NCBI GenBank assembly: GCA_951406725.2
Contig: OX597820.1
Location: 90,086,001 to 90,150,000 of the forward strand
Direction: 5' to 3'
DNA length: 64,000 nucleotides
Source: Octopus vulgaris
Lineage: Eukaryota
In this document: positions 1-13,439 of the stretch, piece after piece
How the letters are laid out: each line of letters opens with the position of its first letter
How positions within the stretch are numbered: the first letter of the stretch is position 1
Made by a program: the position numbers and the translations under genes
The notes under the pieces: model-generated
The model's database searches: none
Told to the model about the DNA's origin: nothing
Seen by the model: the letters and a program-made list of their open reading frames with translations, nothing else

Positions 1-2044
1 GCATGATTAATAAACACCCAGATTTTGACATGCCGGCCAGGCTGAAGTGATTTATCACCAAAGAATGCCTCTTAGCGTATTCAGTATTTTCTCTTATCCT
101 CCGTTTTATTTCAATTTTCGATCTATCTTTTTTTTTCTGTCAAGCACACACCATCATCATTTTTCGTTTCTTTTCCATTCAGTAAAAGAATGAGCTATTC
201 TCCTAGATAATAACTATTTACTGTAATGGCAGCAAGCAAACAGTAGAAAAGCGACATTTCATGGATAGGATTAAGGCTTAGGGCGAGGGTTTGGGTTGTA
301 AATAGTTGTCATCATTCATTAATAGATTCGCCTGAGTAAATATTTGTCGACTCACATTGTTTTAGAAATAAAATTAGTTTTAATCAATCGAATTCCCCAC
401 TACAAGGTTTAAAAAATATTAATAATCTATTCGATTTTTAAAGTATGAAGAATGAGAAAACACTTAAGACCAGATTACACAAAATGTAAAGTGGCAGTTG
501 AACAAATTTCATTATAGTTCTGCATAGAAATATAACATCAAGATAGAAACAAAATATCAGAATGGAAAAATGATCTACTTAAGTTTTGGATAATTGATAT
601 ACGCCACAAAATCATTATTTTCAATTACGAGCAGTGTTTGGTTATAACGTTTCTTAGTAGACTCTAGTGATTCACATATTATCGAAGTTTACTGGGAACA
701 CGTCTTAGGTTTCCATTTCTAAATATTTCTTGATTAAAGTCAACTTTGGCAGCTCTTACGAGAATAAGTCAATTATTGAATCAATGGAGAATGGTATGTA
801 CTATTTCTTTAAACATCCAGATTTATACTAAGCAACTATTGTACTATTATTTTTAATGTTGTTGTTCTTGCTAGTGGTGGTGGTGGTGGTGGTGGTGGTG
901 TTGGTAGTAGTTGTAGTAGCGGTGGTGGTGGCAGTAGTATCGATGATGATGATATCACGCCGTGTTTGTGCCGCAGTACGGTATTGATCCAAAAGATATG
1001 TAGTCACTGCCAATCCCTGTCTTGAAGACTTATTTTCTTTTCATTTCTTCGTTTCTTTTTATTGCTATAAAAAGCCACTATTCCCTTAGTTCCATGCCAA
1101 CACTTGTATACGGGGGAAAGCGATGTAGGTGGAAAACGTAGGAGGAGTTACAACTCTGGAGAGATGCCAGAAGATAAAGTCAGATGAATAAATTTCTGAA
1201 GATAGGTCATGTGACTCAGAAATAAACGCCCAATAAAATAAAAGTAAAAGATAATTAAATGAAACAGAGAAATTGTTTATCACCATGTTTATGCGTGTGT
1301 TCTTTTATATATTACAGAATAAATGAAAATATATCAACCACATATTGTTGTTAAAAGTTAACCATCTAAACGATTGCCTGAAGATAACTATATATGTAAC
1401 CACTCTTTTTCTCCTTTGTCAGAGTGATACTGAGAAAATGAACTCTGCTATGTTATTTTCGGAAACCCCAACGGTGTCTAAATTACGTGACCTTTGCCAC
1501 GGCATAAGATATTAGACATTAGATCGCTTATCAATCGTAGACAGTAAGCAGTACATTGTTGATTAAATATATAAAAAGCAATTATTTTATCTGCTTAGGT
1601 GAAGGATCCGGATCCAGAAACATGGATTACTCATAAAATTGATGGTAATTTTCCAGTTCAAAAATATATAGTGATACGATTGATTAAATCTTATCAGTTT
1701 TATAAGGTTTCTACATTATTCTACCTATGCTACGAATTCTGTACCCGGGGTCAGTAATTCAAACATTTTATTAAGTTTCTTGAGAAGACATTATTATATT
1801 GTTTGTTATGTAAGTATATTTCTCGCCTCTTTGAAATTCATCATTACGTATGTGGACAGAATCGTCAAAAGGCTGCTTGTTCATTGATAGGCCAATAAGG
1901 AAACGTCTATGTTGTATAACAACATACTGGAAAATTAATCAAGTCGCATTCAAATCACATCTTATCGTCTTAAATGAAGATACGTTACACTGAATAATGT
2001 AGATTTAGCCACATTATGTCTAAGTAAAAAGGAAGAGGAAGATT

Positions 2045-2400
2045 AATAAAAAGGTCGAACTCACTATCTTTCATTCGGTTTTCCTGCCTATCCTCACCTA
2101 TGGGGATCAATGATGAATAATGACTGAAAAAGTACGATCGCAAAAACAAATGGCCGAAAAGGGTTTCTTTCGAAGGATCTTTGGAATAACGTCATACGTT
2201 GCTGCGTAGCCCGTAGATCTGGGAGTCTCTCTAAACCGAGGCGCTATTTCTCCACCTTGGGAAGCCACAGCTCGAGTACTACGGACATGGGATTAGAATA
2301 TCGCAGGAAAAAATCGCAAATGGATTCTTCAAGTCAAGCCAACTTGTAGCAGCCCTAGAAGTAGACCAAGAAGGAGATCATTGGATAATATCCATAGTCG
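2045..2400 (+). mobile_element. RTE-clade LINE, degenerate RT C-terminal fragment
   Basis: Translates with stops/frameshifts to LTIFHSVFLPILTYG..MTEKVRSQKQMAEKGFFRRIFGIT ... QLEYYGH ... PRSRPRRRSLDNI, matching the RTE pattern PxLxYG.E.W / QL.W.GH / RPRGRP. Confidence 0.75.
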
Positions 2401-2481
2401 CAGCAATTTAAAGAATAATATAGCTATGTGTATCGGCTGTCAACATACACAGCCACCTCCACTACCATCAGCAACAGCAGT

Positions 2482-2810
2482 GGGGGCGCAATGGCTTAAT
2501 GGTTAGGGCAGTGGACTCGCGGTCGGAGGATCGTGGTTTCGATACCCAGACCGGGCGTTGTCTGTGTTTATTGAGCGAAAACACCTAAAGCTCTACGAGA
2601 TTCAGGCGGGGGGTACCCTTTTATACTCTTTCGCTCCAACTTTCTCTCACTCTTTCTTCCTGTTTCTTGTCCCCGACTTCCTACGCAACCGCTGAGCCTG
2701 GATGCGCATTCATCCATCCGTCGATGCTCTCGGTATCGGGGGTTGACTTGCTTTCTCTTCTGCGAGTCTTACGAATAGCAAAGGACCACGTTTCGGACTT
2801 CTCCCACTGG
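2482..2810 (+). mobile_element. tRNA(Arg)-like-headed SINE (octopus OR-type), 3' variant A
   Basis: Head GGGGGCGCAATGGCTTAATGGTTAGGGCAGTGGACTCGCGG...GGTTTCGATACC with A/B boxes; first ~170 bp shared with copies at 19595 and 57427. Confidence 0.85.
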
Positions 2811-3164
2811 ACGAAGACGGCTACGCTAGCACCAAGAACACCATCAGCAGCAGCACCAGATCAACCCCACCACCACTAACGTCTCACTTCCCCATCTCAT
2901 TCTTCGTCCTATCCTCTTTTTCTCTCTCCACTGTTTCCTTTCTGCTCTCTTTCCCTTAAACTAATCACCTGAAAGCGTAACAATTACATTCCCTCTACCT
3001 CACGTCATGGACCCTTTTCTCTCCCTCTTTTGTTTCTCCCTCTTTTTCTCTAATCATCATGTGAAAGCGTTACCGACGGGCGAAGTAACGCAATAAGTAA
3101 AATTATTATAAAATAACAGCAAGAACAACAACAATTAGTATGTGTATATAAGTATATGTGTGTG

Positions 3165-3408
3165 TGTAGTAGCCTCATCATCATCATTATCATCAGCATC
3201 AGCAGCAGTAGCACTTGCAGCAGCAGCAGAATCAGCAGCAGTAGTAGTTGTAGTAGTAGTAGTAGTAGTTGTAGTAGTTGTTGTTGTTGTTGTAATAGTT
3301 GTGGTATTAGTAGTAGTTGTTGTTGTTGTAAGAGTAGTAGTAGTAGTAGTAGTAGTTGTTGTTGTAATAGTAGTAGTAGTAGTAGTAGTAGTAGTAGCAG
3401 TAGTAGTG

Positions 3409-3480
<72 letters not shown>
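3165..3480. repeat. Compound trinucleotide microsatellite (TCA/GCA/GTA/GTT)n
   Basis: Directly visible; source of the poly-V/S/L/T pseudo-ORFs. Confidence 0.97.
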
Positions 3481-3677
3481 AAAATAACGATTTCCACATG
3501 AAATGCCGATGCTATAAATATTTCAATAGAAAGAAGATAAGGAGACAATCTGCCCGATTATTTTTGGCACTAAATACTGTTGTGTCTTCTAACAAACATC
3601 CAGCGGTCATGTGTTCTGTTTCACAACAGCAAGAGACACACATTCTTATAACCAGCTGGAATGAACAACAGTATTTC

Positions 3678-3780
3678 CTACTGGTGTAGGGAATGAATTT
3701 TGAATAATTGATCGTAGAAATTCTGAAACCATTCGCAAAACCCAAACCGTTTGCTCAATCGGATTTCTATTTTCTCTGTT
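3678..3780 (-). CDS. Terminal coding exon of SMI1/KNR4 (SUKH)-domain protein, FBXO3-like
   Basis: Acceptor cattttacag| at 3781; phase-compatible with exon 6078-6163; reads (R)TEKIEIRLSKRFGFCEWFQNFYDQLFKIHSLHQ*; FxEWFxxF/Y resembles the SUKH C-terminal helix (FBXO3 FTDWFTSY, recalled). Confidence 0.65.
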
Positions 3781-4282
3781 CTGTAAAATGGGTGCTAAAT
3801 ATTTGTTGCTATTCTTGAAAATATATCAATCTAACTTGCTGCTAAAATGGAGTGACAAAAAAATGTTCAGTTTTAAAGATATATGACAAGCGGTGCTTTC
3901 CTCGTGCAATAAAACAATATCCCACAATGCATTTAGAGTACCATTAACGACAATTTATGATACATGATTGATTTATATAGGAAATCCGTCGACAGATATT
4001 AAATCCTGCAAAATCCCGACATTTTCCACAGAAACAGTAATATTGAAAGACTCTCTCTCGGAAGAAAAGAAGACGATGAGGCGAAAAGAGAAGGATTGAG
4101 CTAAAAAAACAATGTAGAAAGCCTTTAAATGTCACATGGTATTATTTACATAACATTTCATAATAAACAGCAACAAATAAATATACTACGTATTCAAAAG
4201 TAAAGAAAACGTTCTGAAAGCCGGAGTGAAATCGTCATAATGTATTTATTTCTTGATGACCATCCGTACGACTCCCGAAATA

Positions 4283-6061
4283 CAGTAGCGGCCATAATAT
4301 ACGGGTCGGTAAGAACAAGTGTATTTAAATATTTATTATAGAAGATGAACAAAACGTTGAGACTAGATATTTTACACATATTTAGATATATCTAATACCT
4401 ATCTCTCACGAAATTTTAAAGTGAATGGAATAAATATTTCGTAAGTTATGAGGAAATAAACGAAGAATCTTCCAAACTGCAACGAACAAATGTTAAGGGT
4501 CACTTAGAAAAACAAAGAAAAAAGGAACACGAACAAAAAAGAAACCCTTACTGTTAATATTTTGCGAAAATCCATTTATTATCAATGACCTCCTGTAATC
4601 TGCTACCACAGGACTGAATAAATTTCTTGCATATTAATTTCTTCAATAATTGCCTGTGTTTATCTTGGTTCTTTGGATTTCTCCTTTGCGTCCCATCTCC
4701 AATAATCTCCCAAACGTGTTCTATTGGGTTGAGATCCTTTGAAGTGGCAAGTCTATGCGATCAACCCCTTCGTCACTCAAAAGATATTTGAGTCTCTTCG
4801 CAGTGTGACGTGAAGTGTTGTCCTGCTCGAAGATAGGAGGTTCAATTGACGGGGATCGAAGATGTGAAAGGCATGCTGTCTAAGAAACTGCTTGTAGATT
4901 TCAGCATTGACACTCCCTTGTAGGCGAATAAGCGGACCAGGGCCAGCAGCAGCAGAGATAACTCCCGTACCATTACCCTGCCTCTTCCATATTTCACTGT
5001 TTTCTTCACACATGCACGAGATAATCTTTCGCAAATTCTTCGTCGGACGTAATACAGCCATTGGAACAAATCGCATTAAACTTAGATTCATCGCTAAAAT
5101 GAACCTGCAACTACTATTTTTTTTGTCCAAACGACATGTTCGAGGGCGAAACAGAGACGGACTCTTTGAATCCTCTTGAAGAGCAGAAGTTTCTTTATCG
5201 GTACTCGATCAAGCAAACTAGAACCTCGTAACCTCCGAGAAACTATTTTGTGTGATACCATGACATCGGAAGTGGAGCTAAATTCTTCACACATTAATCT
5301 TTCGCAAATTCTTCGTTGGACGTAATACAGCCATTGGAACCAATCGCATTAAACTTAGATTCATAGCTAAAATGAACTTGCAACTGCTGTCTTTTTGTCC
5401 AAACGCCATGTTCGAGGGCGACACAGAGACGGGCTCTTTGAATCCTCTTGAAGAGCAGAAGTTTCTTTACCGGTGCTCGATCAAGCAAACCAGAACCTCG
5501 TAACCTCCGAGAAACCATTTTGTGTGATACCATGACATCGGAAGTGGAGCTAAATTCGCGGGATATCTCAGCAGCACTCTTGAACCTATCCTTCAGTGAC
5601 GTTCTAACCATAATACGACCCTGTCTTGTTGAAATTTTACGAGCTACAATTCGTTGCACAACGCTTTTAGACCTTCCTACTATAGTTGTTTTCGGTGAAG
5701 GCACAGAAACTTTGTTTTTCATCACAGGACACCGGTCGTCTCTCACAAGCTGCTATGTTGACAGTTGAATGTTCCAGTAATGTGAGATCATAGAAGTAAC
5801 CTTTACCCCATTAATGGTCTTCTAAACAACAAATAACCCGGTTAGTAGTTCATTTTTTTCTAAATGACCCTGAACTTTTGACCACTGTAATTAGGAAGTT
5901 TCTTTATTTCCTCATAACTTACAAAATATTTATTACGTTCACTTGAAATTAGATATATCAAAATATGTGTAAAATATCTAGACTCAACGTGTTGTTAATC
6001 TTGTATAATAACTATTTAAATACGCTTGTTCTTACTGGCCCTTATATTATGGCCGCTATAG
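4283..6061 (-). mobile_element. Tc1-like DNA transposon with long (~230 bp) IR/DR-type TIRs; transposase disrupted
   Basis: TA at 4281-82 and 6062-63; TIRs CAGTAGCGGCCATAATAT.../...ATATTATGGCCGCTATAG; minus-strand motifs FSDESKFN, FEQDNTSRHT, DLNPIEHVW; frameshifts and an internal duplication. Confidence 0.93.
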
Positions 6062-6077
6062 TACTGGTTTACCGTAC

Positions 6078-6163
6078 CTCCAAAGAACATCTGCAAGAGA
6101 AACACCAGTCTTACTAGAAAATGTTATGTATAGCGGTGCTCCAGTATGGTCACAGCCTAAGGG
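6078..6163 (-). CDS. Internal coding exon of SMI1/KNR4 (SUKH)-domain protein, FBXO3-like
   Basis: Strong acceptor ttcttttattctcttatatgtttcag|, donor AG|gtacgg; only one open frame: PLGCDHTGAPLYITFSSKTGVSLADVLW, similar to FBXO3 PLTFCIHTGLSQYIAVEAAEG (recalled). Confidence 0.7.
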
Positions 6164-7899
6164 CTGAAACATATAAGAGAATAAAAGAATGTCTTCCGCA
6201 AATATAATGTTAGTGCTATTATTAATTTGATGCCTGGCCATTTGTGAATTTTTGACTGTTACACACTCCGAGAGAGAGCCAGAGATAGCTGCAAAATATT
6301 CAATGAACGAAAGAGATTGTGATATGTTTAAGTCCAAGGATGTGACCTTAAATGCCAATTGTATCATATATCTGTTGAGGGCATAACACACGTTACAGCG
6401 CCTGCTAACTGCCAAAATATGTTAGTAAGGTACTAACTTTAATTATTGCATGATGTTGCTAAAAGAACATACATTGCCATCGTTAGAAAATACCACTCTC
6501 TGTTAGATGTAACAAATACATATGTCACTGAATACATACACGCGAGCAATACAAATAATATTCATAGAACATTTGTATTAAAACGTCCACATGGTGAAAA
6601 CCTGATATATTTGTTAGGGATAGAAAGAAAGCTTATATAGCGTCGGAGAATCCAGCTGCCCTTTGTGATCATTTTTTTTTCTAATTCATTGAATATCTAT
6701 AGAAAAGGGCTAAAAATATACACCTTCCTAGCCTAGATAAATTCACATTTGTCACTATAATTGTTGTTGAACTATAATAATTGATATATATGAATAAACG
6801 TAGTTACGACAAGCTCGAAAAGCTAGGAAAGAGAAGTGATTAGCTAATGGGCGCTTTATGGATACAATCTATTACGAGAACTATAAAGATAAGGAAAAGT
6901 ACACTCGATTTATTTATTTGTTTTGTTTAAAATTCGGGTTTCAGTAATATAGATTTGTTTTTTTAGGAACCAGCTTTCTATTCATAAAAGTAATTGATAA
7001 CAGACACACTTACATATGTATATTAAATGTTACCTAATTATTGAAAGTGATTGTTGTGTAGCTAGTTTAAAAGAAAAAAGAAGCGGATATGTAACATATG
7101 AGTCAGTACGTTAGAAAATAGTTATATCATGCTGTGTTTACTGAAAGGGATTTTGAGAACATCTGCATTCAGCAAAGATACCCACCTACTTGGCTGTTGT
7201 CAACAAAAGTTCATACTAACTTTGTCAACCTACTTCATGTGGAACCAACAAAGGAACTATATTCTCACAAAGCACACTTGAAATGATCATACGACTTCCT
7301 CAAATCATAGAGCGTCATTAGAGGATATAACGGACTATACTGCGTATTAGTAGACATAACGGAAAGAATGGGTATTATTGTATTGTGTAGGTGTAGTTTT
7401 CTTTATCAGGATAAAACTGAAATACACAACTGTGATACACTTGCAACTGAAAGGATTGGGATTGCTTCGTACACTTAAAATATTTTGAAACTATTTTTCT
7501 AAATGGAAAGATTAGCTGTGCTTCTCTATCGTTGTTGCACTAAGTACAACCAGGTCAAATAGTTGTACATTAAGACCAACAGAATCAGTGATATAATCCC
7601 AAACATCATTTTTCATTGGGAAATGTCTATAATGTTAAAAACAATTAACTGTAAAAAATCTTAACCAGCAGATAAATGGGGCGAAATTCACAGAAAAGGA
7701 AGATAGTTCATAGTTAAACAATGAACAACAGAAATCGGCCTTCCAGGCTAAAAACGTTCACATCAATTACCATCTACTTATCAGCCTCTTTTATACCAGT
7801 GAATGACAGCTATCAAGATTTCAACGAAATATATGATGATGAGAACAAACACAATGACAGACGATTCTAACACAAAATTTAGAAAGGTATGGTACCCGG

Positions 7900-8680
7900 A
7901 TAATTTTTTTTTACCACTTGTCGTCTTTCATTTCCTTCACCTCTAAACGAGCAGTGGTACAATTATTTATCATATTTGGTATTAAAATATCAAACGATTT
8001 TCTCGCTTGATATCAGCAAGATTGAAAACACCCGCCCAGATAGTTTTTAACCTTATATGCTATCATCGAGGCAGCTTTTATAAAAGCATCAGAAACAGCA
8101 ACATGAAAGGCATACAGCAACCAAATTCTCAAAGTGTGCATGTAAAATCCTGATTGATTGTAAAATCACTAACAAAGCACTTTGTTACCGAAAATTTCAC
8201 TTCTAACACTAGAATTACCAGAAAGATCTACCACAACTAACTCTGGAATAGAAATACGCTCAGAACCAACAAAAGGTTTTGCATGATCATGCTGCAAGAA
8301 ATTGGCATGCAACATTTCAAAGAATTGCAATTGAAGATAAAACAAAAATGATAAAATAACTGTTTCGGGAAAAGATACACCGAACAGTATTGAATTGCAA
8401 AAATATCAATAATGTCCTTTATATATAATTGGTGAAAGACAGTTCCCATTGAGTAGGCGCTGATCCAAAATGAAAAGTAGAACATTCTTTTCCGACATAA
8501 TCTTAGACAATACACAATACGAGGTGGAGGAAATAATGCCCCAACGTGAGTACATTTAATATTTCTGGCATTAAATATATTCAGATTCTTCCTTATGGCG
8601 TGGAAAATTTCAGTCATGATTTCCAAGAAATTGAACACCGTGGTTTGGGTCTGCAACCAAATATGTATTAGTGTGGACGT
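7900..8680 (+). mobile_element. Possible highly degenerate Mutator/MULE-like transposase remnant
   Basis: Fragments ICYHRG..HTATKFSKCACKILI and ITRKIYHN.LWNR resemble MULE N-terminal zinc-binding regions; many stops. Confidence 0.3.
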
Positions 8681-10449
8681 CAGTTACTCAATAGTTTCCC
8701 CATCTCACCATACTGCACTTCTTTTCCTAAAGATCTATATTACTCTCATTGTTATGTCAGTGGTTAGCTCTGATCATGACGACTGACCATCCTATGTTTC
8801 TATATAGTCATCAAATACATCGTCTGTATTGTAGATATACTTTGTACAATTTGATCTGTTATCTAAGTATTAAACATTTTTAGTTAGCTGAAAATCTACA
8901 CATTCTTTCTGAAGTTCTTATGCATTTTTACCAAAAATTGAAATTTGTGTGGGGTTTTACTGCGTAGCTAAATGTTTCTCTATTGTTATAAAATTTGGAG
9001 AAATCGATGCTATACTGTTGTTTGACCTCATACCAGCCCTGATCCAGTAGGCATTGGAATCACTTCACTCTATTTCTCAGACAGTGTTTCAACTCTAACA
9101 CGAGATGATTAACAGTCTAGTCGATGAAATACGTCATTCCTAATTTCGTAACGGTGCGATTTGAGGTAGTGTTGTTGATATTTCTAGCAGTGCAATCTAT
9201 CAGATAGAGATTTCCCCGTTGGTGCAAGAAGGAAGAAGATTCTTCAAGACTATATTGATCTTTGTTGTTGTATGTTGTTGCAACTGCTGCTGAATGTTTT
9301 AAATATCGTTACAAGTGAATTGGTTAACATCCTATTACTTTTTATGCATCTGTTGACCGTCAGATGGTGTGCTATATTCTTCAGTGAATGATGCAATTTA
9401 TAATTTCCTCGGTTTTACAGCTTCTCTGTAAACACAATTTTCAGCTAATCCAATGTCATCACGTTAATATACGAAGGTTTTTGTTTTGTTTTTACCTATT
9501 TTGCAATAGTTCTTATACACTTGACTTTCAGAGAAACGATGCGTGTCAGTTGTCAAACCGATAACTTTGAAAGAATGTATTTAAAGTTTCTTAACAGACA
9601 TGACGGAAGGAAACGTGGTAGTCGCTTGAACTGAATTAAAAGAGATTCGTCGAACGCCGGAACCGCACTCGTTTCTTGAGCTTTATGTATTTCATTTTTG
9701 CAAGGTTTATGTTCTGCACAGTATTTTCTGAAACTTTTATGCTCTGGGCAGTAGCATTTCGTCATGGCATTGAAAGGTTGAGTACAAAGAAAACAACCGT
9801 ATACATCACAAACGTAGAGATTTAAAAGAGTTAATAGACAAAATACATTCACATACAGCTTAAGCTGAAGAACGTTAGTCTACAATTATATGTATAAGAG
9901 GCAACAAATGATAGAAAAAAAATTAGATGGATAAATTGTTGTAAGCAAACATTATGTCTCACATTGATTTTGAAATCGTTTGAGTTGAAGGTAAGTGTGA
10001 AAAAAAAATTAAGACGGAAATTATATGAGAAAATATTCAAGAGATTCACACTCCTCTCAGAATTTAGTAAACAGAAGAAAATTGCTATTCTAGAAGATGA
10101 TGATAATATATTGCATTAAAGAACAATATTAAAATGTGATGGCAATAATTAAAATATACTTAATAGACGGAAAAGCATGACACAGCTCATAAATAAATTT
10201 TAAAATATGGCTAACAGTACTTATAAACTACATGTATATATGTATGTGTCCGTATTATGTACGTATGTATATATCTATGTATGTATGTACGTGTATGTGT
10301 GTATATGCATATATATTAATATATAGGCGTGCGTATACATATATATGCGTTTACACACACAAACATATATACATATATCTCTATATCTATATACGTGTAC
10401 ATTTATTCATACATGCACGCACAATCACACATGTTTATATTTAAGTATG

Positions 10450-10509
<60 letters not shown>

Positions 10510-11554
10510 CTGTGCTTTAGTGTGTATGTTATATATATATATATATATATATATATACTTATGTGTATAGGTATGTGTGCGTGTGTGTGTTTGTATGCGT
10601 GGGTGTATTTTGTATTCTTATTTGGTTTCTAAGATTCTTAATGTGATGTATGTTGAATGAGCATTTGCATTACAGAAAGGTTATTTTGCTAATAAAATAC
10701 ACACACATTCCATTACACTTTCTTTAATTAATTAATATAAATCAAATAATTAATAAGTTAATCAATTAAGACATCGATTAATTGACTAATCGTCTGGTCA
10801 ATCAACCAGTTTGTTGGTTTGTCGGAATCCATTCATCACCATTCATGAACTCATCACTCATCTGGCCTTCTTCCTCTCCTATGGCCATTTCAACGTATCC
10901 AAAAGTAGTATAGTCCATTTTAGTGTGAATAATAATAGTTTATCGTACGATTTCTCGATTGTTCTTGTATATGTCAGTATGTATATGGGTATATGTACAT
11001 GTGTATTTCTGTGAGTTTGTGTGTAAGAGCGAGCGAGAGAGAGCGTGTGAGTTTTTACAGGCAATGTGTATTTTTTTAGTGCTGTTTGAGTTCTGCTTCT
11101 GTGCGGTAGATTCGAAAAATTAGAACCTATAGATACGTGGCGGGTTATTTATCGCTCCGTGTCTATGTGTTCAGTCCTGGCAACCTACTGAAGAAGCGGC
11201 GCCCGATATAGGCTGAAATTATTTTATTTCAGTCTGTATTTAAGTCTGCAGAAACTTTGCAGGGTCTAGGATTAAGGTAAAAGTTTTTATTTTCCAATCA
11301 CTTCCGGAATTACAACAATTGGTGGCTTGGAGTTTTAACTGCTCTTTCTAGCGAGTCAGATATCCTATTCTTCGGGTATCTCTTTTGTGTTTGAACGTAC
11401 ACTGTATTCGTCTTTGAATATTATATAGTCTATTGACTAATTTTTTTCTTTCTCGCTAGACCACTGGTAACTAAGAAGTTTTCTATGAATATTCTTGCTA
11501 CCCTAAGATTTTAATTAATGATAATATATATATATATATATATATCCATATATA

Positions 11555-12573
11555 CAGGGGTTGCGCAAAATAGTGGAAACACCTTACATCATAGCATCAT
11601 AAATTTGAAATACGTATAAAACCGCCAAAAACTCCTTTATTTTTATGTTTTGTGATTAATTGTTGGTGTTGGTTAATATGTTTTACTAAAATTGCTGTTT
11701 TTTTCCAGATATCACCACAGAGTGGTAATTCAAATGCATTAAAATGACAGATCTATCGGACTTTCAAAGAGGTCTACTATGGCAGGCGCTAGCGTAACGA
11801 AAATAACCGAAATGATATGTGTATCAAGAAGTAGTTTCGAAAGTAATGACAGCCTTTGGGAAAGAGATATTTGGGTTTGTGTGTGGGGGGAGGGGGGAAC
11901 CATCTCGTCGAAACAAAACTCCGGAATAAAACCAAAATTTTCAGATAGGGAGCGTCAGACTCTTACGCGAATTGTTAGAAAGAATCAGAAAAGTGCAGCT
12001 CCCAAAATAACTGCAGAGCTTAATGATCACATCGAAGAACCCAGTTTCCACAAAACCTGTTCGCTGGGAGCTTCACAAAGCCGGATTTCATGGGACGGTT
12101 TTAATCAGAAAACCACCACTCTCTAAAACAAACGTTTCAAAGTGTTTAGATTAGAATAAAAACCCACAGAATTGCTTCCTAGAGCAGTGGAAGAATGTTA
12201 TTTTCCCGGATAAGTCATCCTTTACCTAATTTCACCCAGCTAAATTTGTTACTAAATGACACGAGGAACATTCTAGTGAAGTTGAACATCTTATCTGGCC
12301 ACCACTGTCTCCAGATCTCAATATTTTTGAACATTTAAGGTGAAGTTTAGAAAAGTAAGTAAGGAATCGAAATCCTCCACTATCATCACTACAAGAACTG
12401 GAGACTTTGAGCTGAAAAATGGACAAAAATTTCTTTGAAAACAATTCAAACTTTTTACGAGTCCATACCTCGTAGAATTCAAGCTGTAATTACAGCCAAA
12501 GGCGGTCCTACCCCATATAAAAATAAATTTCTTTGAAATTTTAAGATGTTTCCATTATTTTGTCCAACCTCGG
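11555..12573 (+). mobile_element. Tc1-like transposon, internally deleted
   Basis: TA-flanked ~32-bp TIRs (CAGGGGTTGCGCAAAATAGTGGAAACACC / GATGTTTCCATTATTTTGTCCAACCTCGG); MTDLSDFQRG start at 11744, [36 protein letters not shown]; middle of the DDE region missing. Confidence 0.92.
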
Positions 12574-12576
12574 TAC

Positions 12577-12638
<62 letters not shown>

Positions 12639-12721
12639 ATACACATATTTATACATATATATATATATACATACATACATACATAAATAAATGTATAGTC
12701 TTTAATTATTTTATTTGATCC

Positions 12722-13008
12722 AATCATTTGACTATGCCCACGCTGGAGCACCGCGTGACTTATTCTTTATAAGCCCAGGACTTATTCTTTGTGAACCTAG
12801 TACTTATTCTATCGGTTAATTTTAGAGGACCCCTAGATTACGTGTACGTAAAAGCACCAACATCTCTTGTCAAGTGATTGTGGCGGGGGAACAAATACAG
12901 TCACAAAGTCACACAGATAAATATACATACATATTCTTTTACTTTTTTAAAATGTTTTAGCCACTTGCCTTCGATCATGCCGGAGCACCGCCTTCTAGTC
13001 GAACAAAT

Positions 13009-13066
<58 letters not shown>

Positions 13067-13228
13067 AGACGTGCTTCTTTCAGTTTTCCGTCTACCAAAT
13101 CCACTCAAGGTTTTGGTCAGTCCAAGGCTACAGTAGAAGACACTTGCCCAAGGTGCCACACATTGGGACTGAAACCGGAAGTATGTGGTTGGAAAGCAAG
13201 CTTCTTACCATGCAGCTATTCCTGCGCC
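12722..13228 (-). mobile_element. tRNA/CORE-like SINE with internal (TA)n microsatellite
   Basis: Minus-strand head ...GGTAAGAAGCTTGCTTTCCAACC...GGTTTCAGTCCC, CORE-like ACCTTGGGCAAGTG; 3' block shared with copies at 34665, 41495, 42195, 56795. Confidence 0.8.
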
Positions 13229-13407
13229 TATAGTATAGTATATATTGCTGACATCATAATAATGTGATAAAATTTCTTTTTTGAAACGTTGAATATTGGA
13301 ACATATAAATCTATATAAAAGAACATCGCACAATTGTATTGAATATGAAAAGCCGGAGCTTGCACACACATACATATATAAATATATATATGTGTGTGCT
13401 TGTGTGT

Positions 13408-13439
<32 letters not shown>

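Noticed and set aside
3050-3689. Long poly-L/T/V/S ORFs
   Set aside because: Stop-free frames of trinucleotide microsatellites; the same applies to the IYIY, CVCV, HTHT and LSIY ORFs throughout.
9553-9867. Cys-rich minus-strand ORF with signal-peptide-like start (DVYG-CFLC), superficially like a secreted protein
   Set aside because: No ATG and no convincing donor; an overlapping frame reads SSSDYHVSFRH, like mariner PSDYHLFR, so a decayed transposase is at least as likely.
11188-11235. CTGAAGA...GAAA HHR-like motif (also ~41315-41395 on minus)
   Set aside because: Stem I does not close; too decayed to call.
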